From sequence record SRR22947727_2319: 35,559 nucleotides of DNA; one strand, 5' to 3'. The notes beneath the pieces were generated by a model that saw only the letters and a list, made by a program, of their open reading frames with translations, searched no databases and was not told where the DNA came from. The position numbers and the translations under genes were made by a program. This document shows positions 20,148 to 27,927 of this stretch, in pieces; the first letter of the stretch is position 1; the number at the start of each line of letters is the position of its first letter.

Positions 20148-20894
20148 CTAGGAATGCTCGCCAATAGCCAGGGCGATGAGCAGCAGAACCGTCATGACAG
20201 AAACGCCGAGGAGAAACCACGGCACCCGCGCTCGAGATGCCGACGGCAACTCCTCCCGGAACGTCGTGAGGAGAAGGACGCCACCGAGGAAGGCCGTCCC
20301 AATGGCGAGCATGTACTCGTTAGCTGGGGGGAAGAGGTACGACGCGGAAAAGCCGATGGCGACTGCCGCGATACCCACCCAACGGGTTTCGTGGGCGAAC
20401 TGATCCGGGTGGGCTCGCGCAAGGGCTCGATCAGCGAGAAGCAGATGCGCACCAATGACGACGGTGAACAAGATCGCGTAATCCCACCCAGTAGAGATGG
20501 TGGACGGCAGCGTGTACGCGTAGATGGCGCTGATCGAGGCGAAGGACAGCATGTGAATGCGGTAGCTCCGACGAGTGGACGCCAGCCCTTCTTCGGTACG
20601 AACGTCGAGAACGAAGAAGGCAACCAGGCCCACCATGGCGGTGAGGAAAAGCCCTGCTTCGGTGATCGGTGTGGGGGTGTACTGGGCGATGTCCAGCTCA
20701 CTTAGTTCACGGCCGCCGACGGCCAACTCAGGCATCAGGTGAACGAAGATGTACGCGATAGCGCCGCCGCCACCAACAGATGCGAGAACATCTTGCGTTT
20801 TGGTGGAGAGCCGAGATACCCGATACGCAAAGAAATGAGCCGCCGCAAGCACCAGCGCGAGCGCTCCTGCCCCCAACCATTCCCCGGTGCTCAT
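20148..20894 (-). CDS. Multi-TM membrane protein, possibly a divergent ZIP-type metal transporter
   Basis: About 8 TMs; GGGAIAYIFVHLMPEL and AFLGGVLLLTTFREELP resemble ZIP TM2 and TM7; no HNxPEG motif. Confidence 0.5.
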   Translation of the reverse strand: MSTGEWLGAGALALVLAAAHFFAYRVSRLSTKTQDVLASVGGGGAIAYIFVHLMPELAVGGRELSELDIAQYTPTPITEAGLFLTAMVGLVAFFVLDVRTEEGLASTRRSYRIHMLSFASISAIYAYTLPSTISTGWDYAILFTVVIGAHLLLADRALARAHPDQFAHETRWVGIAAVAIGFSASYLFPPANEYMLAIGTAFLGGVLLLTTFREELPSASRARVPWFLLGVSVMTVLLLIALAIGEHS

Positions 20895-21142
20895 GACAAA
20901 AAGACGGTACACGTATCAGGCTCGTGGAGGATGATTCCTCACCCGCACCGACGGAGTCATTTTTGCAAAAAAATCTCGGCGTCATCTCGCATGGCCGCAA
21001 TTCGATTGAGAGTTAAGTGATCACCGGAGCCGCAAATTCCTGAAGTTGCCGGGCCCTATGTGCAAAAAGATGATTCCCTGCCAGTAGGCCCGGGACAATG
21101 AGAGCGATCCAGGGTGAATGTGAAAGGGGAATCTGTTGAGCG

Positions 21143-21841
21143 TCAGGGTGATTGAATCCTGTACGTCTGTCTCTTCAGATAGGGAGCCCACTCAACCGGG
21201 ACTCCCGGCGCTTTGGCCCGAACTGCGCACTTTCCGGGCTTGAGGCCTTTCAAGATGACGGATCCATTTTTTCGCACTCGAACTGCGCACCTCTTTGCGC
21301 CGGTCGAGACCACGAAGGATACGGGCTGCTGCGCTGTAGCTGTTTGATCTGCGCCGGCTTTAGCAATCACCCTGGACTTGCCAACCTTGATCGGTTTGAC
21401 GGCCATCAGTTCGCTGTAAACCTGCTGAGGCCGAGCGGTCACCGAGAGCGTCATGCTCTGCACGGGTCCGCTTCCAGGCACGAGGACCCCTGGTCCCGCA
21501 TTCGCCGTGTACTTCACAACAATTTGGTAGGCCCCTGGTGTCAGTGGTTGAAACGTGTAATTGCCGTAAACGTCATCAGGATCAGCGGCGACAAGCACGG
21601 GGTCAGCGTTGTCGCCAAATGGGCCCTGAATATTGAATTCGAAAATGCCGCCGTTCGGACCCGCGGCCCCCGGGATGATTTCAGCAGCGATGATGACCGG
21701 GTCCCCCATGACAGCGGGATTTGGACCTGCCGTGAGAGTCATGCCGCCCAGCGCGGCGGCAGGGGGCGCAAGAAGGGTGCTCGCAACTACAGCTGAACCA
21801 AGCATCAACGTTGATGTGCGCAAGGCCGATCGAATGCTCAT
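21143..21841 (-). CDS. Secreted hypothetical protein (Ig-like N-domain, basic Cys-pair C-domain)
   Basis: RBS GGAGG; signal peptide ending PAAA; beta-rich LTPGAYQIVVKY segment; K/R-rich C-terminus with two Cys. Confidence 0.7.
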   Translation of the reverse strand: MSIRSALRTSTLMLGSAVVASTLLAPPAAALGGMTLTAGPNPAVMGDPVIIAAEIIPGAAGPNGGIFEFNIQGPFGDNADPVLVAADPDDVYGNYTFQPLTPGAYQIVVKYTANAGPGVLVPGSGPVQSMTLSVTARPQQVYSELMAVKPIKVGKSRVIAKAGADQTATAQQPVSFVVSTGAKRCAVRVRKNGSVILKGLKPGKCAVRAKAPGVPVEWAPYLKRQTYRIQSP

Positions 21842-22066
21842 ATAGACCCTCCATTGGTGGGTGGATCCCATCGTTGTGCCGAGAAGTGTAATGAGTGAGG
21901 AAAGAATATTTGTAGGTTCAAGACGCCGATGAGGCCTACCCGTACTCGAGTCGTGTCGTGCCCCGAGTCTGTTGGCGACACACGGTGCCACGGGTGCGTG
22001 GATGAAGCATTTCTAGTTCATAGGCAAGAAGCAATCCACGTCCTCTGCCTGAATAGCATTGCATTT

Positions 22067-23149
22067 ATGAAGGCCATCATCGTTGGTGCTGGAGCGGCGG
22101 GTCTTACTGCGGGTTACCTTCTTGACCGAAGTGGAGTCGAATTCGAGATCCTGGAAGCTCGGTCAGAATACGGCGGACGTGTTCGCAAATTAGAGGGATT
22201 TGCTGATTTCCCAATTGATCTGGGTGCCGAATGGATCCACCGCTGGATCGCGGCACGGCCGCCGATCTTTACCGAGTTGTTGCAGGGTGAGGACCCGCGT
22301 TTGCCCACTTTTCAGGAACACCTTGAGACGGTTTCTCAGTGGACGGGAGAGAAACTGCGAACCCGGAATTGGTGGCGATATATCCCCAAACCCACGGATC
22401 TGAAGTTTGTTGATGGCACGTGGTTCGACGCACTCGATCGATTAGTGACGCCGGGCGTCGCAGAACGCTTGCACCTCAACACCCCGGTGACGTCGATTGA
22501 CTACCGCGCGAATTCTGTGAGTGTCGAGACCCTTTCAGGTGAGAAGTTCCAGGCTGATCGCGTCCTCGTCACGACTCCAATTTCCATGCTCCAACGAGGA
22601 GGCATTCGCTTTAATCCCGATCTTCCCAAGAGCAAAAAAGACGAAATTATGAAGGAGCGCATGCCGGGCGGACTCAAGGTCTTCCTTCGGTTTTCGCAGC
22701 GCTTTTACCCTGACCTAATTTACGTGGGAGGCTTCCTTAAAGGCGGCGTTCTCAATGAATGTGGCTACTACAACGCTGCGCTAGGAAAGAACAGTGAGTG
22801 CAACGTTCTCGCGCTGTTTACGCAGGGAGCAAAAGCAGAGCGCTACATTGAGCAATCGACCGAAGAGGAGCTCTTGCACTACGTACTCTTAGAACTTGAC
22901 TCAATGTTTGAAGGTAGAGCGTCAAGTCTTTATGAGGATCATGTAATTCAAAACTGGGCTCGCGAGCCGTACATCCATGGTTCGTATTCGCAACGCAAAG
23001 CATCGGCAAAGAAACTCGCAGAACCTGTCGCGGGGAAACTCTTTTTCGCAGGTGAAGCGATGAATATTGATGGAAAAACAATCGCGGTACACGGAGCGTG
23101 TGCATCGGCATACGCAGCTGTGGACGCGATGTGCTCAAGCGCAGCGTGA
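22067..23149 (+). CDS. Flavin monoamine oxidase family FAD-dependent oxidoreductase
   Basis: IVGAGAAGL, LEARSEYGGR, DLGAEWIH, W...PYIHGSYS, LFFAGEA, VHGA. Confidence 0.92.
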   Translation: MKAIIVGAGAAGLTAGYLLDRSGVEFEILEARSEYGGRVRKLEGFADFPIDLGAEWIHRWIAARPPIFTELLQGEDPRLPTFQEHLETVSQWTGEKLRTRNWWRYIPKPTDLKFVDGTWFDALDRLVTPGVAERLHLNTPVTSIDYRANSVSVETLSGEKFQADRVLVTTPISMLQRGGIRFNPDLPKSKKDEIMKERMPGGLKVFLRFSQRFYPDLIYVGGFLKGGVLNECGYYNAALGKNSECNVLALFTQGAKAERYIEQSTEEELLHYVLLELDSMFEGRASSLYEDHVIQNWAREPYIHGSYSQRKASAKKLAEPVAGKLFFAGEAMNIDGKTIAVHGACASAYAAVDAMCSSAA

Positions 23150-23163
23150 CACCGCAATAGTCG

Positions 23164-23208
23164 TGGTGGCCAGGCTCGGGATCGAGCCGTCGACCTTCCG
23201 ATTTTCAG
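23164..23208 (-). repeat. Displaced, degenerate 3' half of tRNA-Phe (attR-like site)
   Basis: 23165-23208 matches 28751-28794 at 41/44; the match ends exactly at the anticodon loop; this copy ends in CCA. Confidence 0.92.
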
Positions 23209-23272
23209 GAGGAAGGTCAAACCGGTCATTTCCCCCGTGAATTGGGGATTCTCAAGGCTCGCGGTGAAGATC

Positions 23273-23291
23273 TAGCACAGAGTTAGCACAG
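23273..23291 (+). repeat. Pair of TAGCACAG direct repeats (11-bp period), putative integrase arm sites
   Basis: TAGCACAG at 23273 and 23284; the same motif occurs four times at the other end of the island. Confidence 0.75.
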
Positions 23292-23396
23292 GTTGTGTGG
23301 CAGGCGAGGGGTTCCTCTCAAAACAGCATTGTGGGTCCGTCGGGGCTGTTAGTGTGAAGAGAACCTAGGGGTTGTACTCAGGAGCAGAGGTTGGTT

Positions 23397-24008
23397 ATGC
23401 GTGCATTGAAGATTCTGGTCGCAGCGGGTGTTGTGGCGGTTGCGGGTTTGGGGACGAGCGCGCCGGCGAGCGCTGCCGCGAATCCCAGCATCGTCTCCGT
23501 GACGTGCGTAGGGCCGGGTGGCGGCTGCGATGCGTCGAAGTTCAGCGCTTCGTCGGTCATCGCTAACCCCGGAGACGCCTTTACCGTCTACAACGGAACG
23601 AACGTTGCAGTGCTTTTCTCAATCGGATCTTCTATATTCCCCGCCCAAACGCTGGCTGTTGGCTCTGGCCTTTCGGGTTCCATGACGGCGCCCTCGGCCG
23701 TTGGCAGCTACACGCTTTCTATTCCGGAGGCCGGTGGCGCTTCGATTCCGCTGACCGTCACAAACGACCCGATAACTCGTTCCGATGCGCAACCAGTCCT
23801 CGGGTTGCAGCAGGTGGGGGTTCCGGCATCGGGTGCCTGCGCGGATGTGCCAGTGAGTGTGGGTCATGATCAGGGATTCCCGATCGGTGGCTGGTCCAAG
23901 TCCTGGGCCAACTGGATCAACAACGGTACGGGCGGTGCTGTGTGCACCCGCACGGTGGAAGAGATCCCTAACGGCCCCGGCACGTACCGCCTGGTCGTCA
24001 ACCCCTAG
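23397..24008 (+). CDS. Secreted hypothetical protein with a Trp/Cys-rich C-terminal domain
   Basis: Signal peptide ending ASA-A; C-terminal QQVGVPASGAC...GGWSKSWANWINNGTGGAVCTRT. Confidence 0.78.
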   Translation: MRALKILVAAGVVAVAGLGTSAPASAAANPSIVSVTCVGPGGGCDASKFSASSVIANPGDAFTVYNGTNVAVLFSIGSSIFPAQTLAVGSGLSGSMTAPSAVGSYTLSIPEAGGASIPLTVTNDPITRSDAQPVLGLQQVGVPASGACADVPVSVGHDQGFPIGGWSKSWANWINNGTGGAVCTRTVEEIPNGPGTYRLVVNP

Positions 24009-24054
24009 CGCCGCAAGGCGGTAAAGAGGCCCCCAGCTCGAGGCGGGGGCGCAG

Positions 24055-24294
24055 GTGGCTATCACCGGGGTGAGCGCGAGCAAGAAAAGTAAGCGGGCGA
24101 ACACCAAGCTCGCTACGAAGCGGTGCTTAGCGCTGACAGAGCGCATCCGTGAGCTGACCGGTGGTTCTTCGGTGGAGTTCGTGCACGCGACCGTGGCCGC
24201 GAAGAAACGCGGAGGGAAAGTCCCCCGCGCGAAAGGCGTCGCCCGCAGCAAGCGCGGCAAACCCTTAACCACCTTCACGGTCACCTACCCATGA
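24055..24294 (+). pseudogene. Basic 79-aa ORF, possibly an orphan C-terminal fragment of a larger surface protein
   Basis: No signal peptide or convincing RBS; in-frame stop shortly upstream; K/R-rich, ends GKPLTTFTVTYP. Confidence 0.3.
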
Positions 24295-24362
24295 CTACGC
24301 AACCTCCACCTCACATGCCACTCAACCATTACGCGGAGAGAAGATTGCCGTCACCAGTGGCG

Positions 24363-25373
24363 TTAGCTCAGTGAACTGTCCGTTGTGAGAGCGATCTTTC
24401 CTCGGATGTGACCTTGCTCCAGCAACTCCATCGCTGTAGGCGCTTCAGCCAGTGGAAGCACGCGATCAAGCCGCGGGGTAACCGCACCGCCCTCCACCAG
24501 TGCCGCCAATCTCACCAAGTCCTCGCTTCGCTCCGAAGACAGGAACATCGTGATGTTTTGCTTGATGAACGGGGACAGCATTGCTGCACGAACGGTCCGA
24601 CCGAACCCGCTGGTCCAGCGGTTATCGCCTTCGCCGCCGACCATCACGATCGTTCCGGTCTTGGTGAGCAGTGCACGGAGTTGCCGAACCGAGGTAAGAC
24701 CAGCGATGTCGATGATGACATCAAAGGGCTGCTCAGCGGAAATGGGACCAGCGGTGTAGTCCAGCACCCGAGTAGCGCCAAGTAATCGCACAAACTCGGC
24801 CTTACTTGCGCTGCAAACACCCGTCACCTCAGCACCGAGATCTGCTGCCAGTTGAACTGCGTAGCTGCCAACACCACCGGAAGCACCCGTGATGAGAACA
24901 CGCTGCCCGGCCTTCACGTGTGCTTTGTCGTAGACCGCCCCCAAGGCGGTGAGCCCGGACACTCCGAGCGCAGCAGCTGCGGCTGGCTCCAGACCTGAAG
25001 GCATGGGAGCCAACTTGTTGGGGTCGGCAACCGCGTACTCCGCGAAAGAGCCTTTCGCGAAACCGAAGACTGAATCGCCGACAGCAAGATTCGTCACGTC
25101 GGCTCCCACCGCCACGACGGTGCCCGCCACATCCAGACCCGGGATCGGTTGCCGCGGCGCCCGCAGGCCAAAAGCTGGCCTAATGATGTACGGCAACCCG
25201 TGCATGAGGTGCCAGGTGCCGCGGTCGAGTCCAGCGGCTGCCACTTTCAACAGAACCTCGTCGTCTGCGGGCTGCGGCACCGCCCGCTGCACGAGTCGAA
25301 GCTGCTCGGGTCCGCCGTAGCTGTCGTGGGTGATGGCTTTCATGGTTGTGGTCCGGGTAGCAGTAAACACCAT
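24363..25373 (-). CDS. NAD(P)-dependent MDR-family (quinone oxidoreductase-like) dehydrogenase
   Basis: YGGPEQL, PGLDVAGTV, GASGGVGSYAVQLA, GKI; no Zn-binding Cys cluster; RBS GGAGG. Confidence 0.9.
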   Translation of the reverse strand: MVFTATRTTTMKAITHDSYGGPEQLRLVQRAVPQPADDEVLLKVAAAGLDRGTWHLMHGLPYIIRPAFGLRAPRQPIPGLDVAGTVVAVGADVTNLAVGDSVFGFAKGSFAEYAVADPNKLAPMPSGLEPAAAAALGVSGLTALGAVYDKAHVKAGQRVLITGASGGVGSYAVQLAADLGAEVTGVCSASKAEFVRLLGATRVLDYTAGPISAEQPFDVIIDIAGLTSVRQLRALLTKTGTIVMVGGEGDNRWTSGFGRTVRAAMLSPFIKQNITMFLSSERSEDLVRLAALVEGGAVTPRLDRVLPLAEAPTAMELLEQGHIRGKIALTTDSSLS

Positions 25374-25383
25374 TTCCTCCTGG

Positions 25384-25431
25384 CCTTACGTTGTAAGTTA
25401 TCGCGCCGCCACGGTAACCTTACGTTGTAAG
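25384..25431. promoter_or_regulatory. Twin TetR operators (CTTAC-N3-GTAAG) in a divergent promoter
   Basis: CCTTACGTTGTAAG is exactly repeated at 25384-25397 and 25418-25431. Confidence 0.82.
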
Positions 25432-25452
25432 AAGTAGCAAATCGGAGGTGTC

Positions 25453-26100
25453 GTGAACCGTCAAGCACTCACCGCAGAGCGGGCCCTCGCCGAGGCGATG
25501 GCGCTGGCGGATACCGAGGGATTGAGCGGGCTCACCATGCGAAAACTTGCCAGCAGACTCGGGGTAGAAGCCATGTCGCTCTACCACCACTTACCCAACA
25601 AGGATGCGCTGCTCGACGGCATGGTGGACCAGGTCTACACCGAAGTCGAGTTGCCGCTGCCTGATGAACCTTGGCAACCGGTTATGCAGCGCCGGGCGGA
25701 GTCATTACGGGCTGCGTTGCTGCGGCACCCGTGGGCGGTTGAGCTACTGGACTCGCGTAGTACCCCAGGACCGGCGACGCTGGCACACCATGAAGCAATC
25801 ATTCGCAACCTGCGGGACTCTGGCTTGAGTTGGCATCTCACGGCGCACGCCTTCTCACTCATTGACGCGTACGTCCTGGGCTTCGTGATTCAGGAAATCC
25901 AACTCCCGTTCGATACGCCCGAAGAAAATCAGGAACTTGCCGAGGACATCATGGAGGGAATGAGCCAAGCGTTTCCCTATCTCACCCAGTTCACGATGGA
26001 ACACGTGATGCAGCCTGGCTATAACTACAGCAATGAGTTCGACTACGGATTGAAGTTGGTTCTGCGTGGGCTAGCTGCGGATTACTCCGCGCCCGTCTAG
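25453..26100 (+). CDS. TetR/AcrR family regulator (TetR_C-type C-domain)
   Basis: GLSGLTMRKLASRLGVEAMSLYHHLPNKDALL HTH; LLRHPWA; FDYGLKLVLRGL; RBS GGAGG. Confidence 0.93.
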   Translation: MNRQALTAERALAEAMALADTEGLSGLTMRKLASRLGVEAMSLYHHLPNKDALLDGMVDQVYTEVELPLPDEPWQPVMQRRAESLRAALLRHPWAVELLDSRSTPGPATLAHHEAIIRNLRDSGLSWHLTAHAFSLIDAYVLGFVIQEIQLPFDTPEENQELAEDIMEGMSQAFPYLTQFTMEHVMQPGYNYSNEFDYGLKLVLRGLAADYSAPV

Positions 26101-26284
26101 CGGTAGTCGCTGGAGCGGCTTCCCCATTCCATCTATCTCTGCATGTTGCGATCAGGCACTGAGACGAAGGGTAAGCACAGATTCAACGCGGATCGTTAAG
26201 CCAATTGACTGCGCTCGGATAAGGAGATCATTTCGTCTCGTGTCAGGTAGTGCCGTGTGCGGTCAGCTCGGCACGGTGCAAGAC

Positions 26285-26446
26285 ATGAGCGAGTACATAA
26301 GGCGGCGGGAAATCGGCGAGATTACGGGTCTGGGTAAGTCGGGTGTTGCTGCCCTAGTGACGAGCCCTGGGTTCCCGTCGGGACGGGTGTTGAACTCTCG
26401 CGTGATCTTGTACCCAAGGGGCGAGGTCTTGCCCGGCGTTTACTAA
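26285..26446 (+). CDS. AlpA/excisionase-like winged-HTH protein, probably 3'-truncated
   Basis: YIRRREIGEITGLGKSGVAALV...GFPSGRVLNSRVILYPRGEV follows the AlpA pattern (R..EV...TGLS.STIY...G.FP....LG...V.W...EV). Confidence 0.6.
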   Translation: MSEYIRRREIGEITGLGKSGVAALVTSPGFPSGRVLNSRVILYPRGEVLPGVY

Positions 26447-27540
26447 TCGGGGGCTGGTCCAGTGTCACGTGCCTTTGGTGTTGCCGCCGATGAGCTTCGT
26501 GGCACGCCCCACTGGTGAATCCGGGGACGCCAACCCTTGGAACTGGTAGCGACCAAGCCGGGAGGTACGAGTTCACGAACCGCGACCCGTGCAATCAAGA
26601 AAAGCAGGACCATGATCCCCAACCAGACAACGCCGCCGAACAAAGCTGGTTCGATCGCACTGAGATCGGTTGAAACCTGTCCTCCGGCGGAGTCACCACC
26701 AGCGCCCGAAAAAGTCAAGCCGTCGTTGAAGCCGTGGATTCCGGCGGCGATCCCAAGCGCTAACAACCCGGCTAACGTGAAACTGCGGCCCTTTCGCCAT
26801 GCCGCTAGCCAGATCACTGCAGCCACCAAAATCGTGAGAAAGGGGTGCAGGAGCTCGACTAGGACTCGGTCAGATTGGGAGGTAGCTGCTTGACCTGACA
26901 TCAAGACGTTGTAGCTGACCCCCTCGAGGAACCCGAAAACTGACCCACTTACCGCAGCTAAGACGAGTCCAGTTCTGGGTGATGAAAACCGATTACTGCC
27001 CCAGATCAGTAGGGCTACGGGGACAGCAAGCTTTGCGACCTCCTCAATCACTCCCGTGGAAAACCCATTGGTCCAGGGGTTGGAGTCGACCACGGGACCC
27101 ACCGAAAGCTCAACACCAAGTGCCAACCCGTACGCGATCAAGCCGGAGAGCAACCCCCACAGCAGGACGGGTCTTGGGATTCGCCGCAACCTAACCCCTA
27201 CGCGACGTGTGAAGATCAGTACCGCCGCGCTCATCACCAACGCGTAACCCAGAACGGAGAACCATGCGAGGGGCTTCAGGCCGTTGGTGTCGCTCACATA
27301 GTTGACCAGATAAACCAGCAAGACCCCGCTCGCCGCCAGCCAGAACCACAGGTGACGCAGGAACGGCAGAAAAGTGCGTAAGTGCGGAATTTCAGTGACC
27401 GCAGCATCATCAGCGCGCACACCGCTCCACGCGTAACCGTCCCAGTAAGCCAATTTTCCGGTGGGACCGTAGGGGCAAAAACCCGGCTCGTCCGCCTCTA
27501 CCGGATCGATCGGCCACGGCACTGCGCGCGCAACGGTCAT
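26443..27540 (-). CDS. PrsW-family intramembrane protease with an N-terminal DUF2510-like motif
   Basis: IEEVAK (EExxK), FGFLEG, LHP, HGFND; N-terminal PGF.P..PTGKLAYWDGYAWS; RBS GGAGG. Confidence 0.85.
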   Translation of the reverse strand: MTVARAVPWPIDPVEADEPGFCPYGPTGKLAYWDGYAWSGVRADDAAVTEIPHLRTFLPFLRHLWFWLAASGVLLVYLVNYVSDTNGLKPLAWFSVLGYALVMSAAVLIFTRRVGVRLRRIPRPVLLWGLLSGLIAYGLALGVELSVGPVVDSNPWTNGFSTGVIEEVAKLAVPVALLIWGSNRFSSPRTGLVLAAVSGSVFGFLEGVSYNVLMSGQAATSQSDRVLVELLHPFLTILVAAVIWLAAWRKGRSFTLAGLLALGIAAGIHGFNDGLTFSGAGGDSAGGQVSTDLSAIEPALFGGVVWLGIMVLLFLIARVAVRELVPPGLVATSSKGWRPRIHQWGVPRSSSAATPKARDTGPAPD

Positions 27541-27927
27541 GACTGGCAACCTCCAACCGAAGACTTCAAAACGCCCCGGACTCTAGCCTTAACGATTATC
27601 CAGTTGAAGTTGCGCGCACCAAGCCCCGACGTCCTCTCCGGCTCTTTGGCGAACGGGGACGACGTTCTGAGGCGGTTTAGACCTGTCCCCACGTGTCGTC
27701 TCTAGCCCTATGGATTGGTGATTCCACTCGGGAAGCAGTCCACGACGGGGACCCTCAGTCCACGAATGCCTGAGGGCTTTGGAGACCCATTATTTGGTGT
27801 TGATCAAAGCTATCCAGAGATGCCAGGGGAGATCAAGGAACAAGCAGGCGGCCCACGCGCTTGGTCGGATCGCCACACGACGGACTGTCCCGCATTCGAA
27901 GCAAACTCAGAAATAAAGTATGTGCCT

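Noticed and set aside
23164-23208. A second functional tRNA-Phe
   Set aside because: No D arm or 5' acceptor strand, and the T arm is mutated; it is an att fragment.
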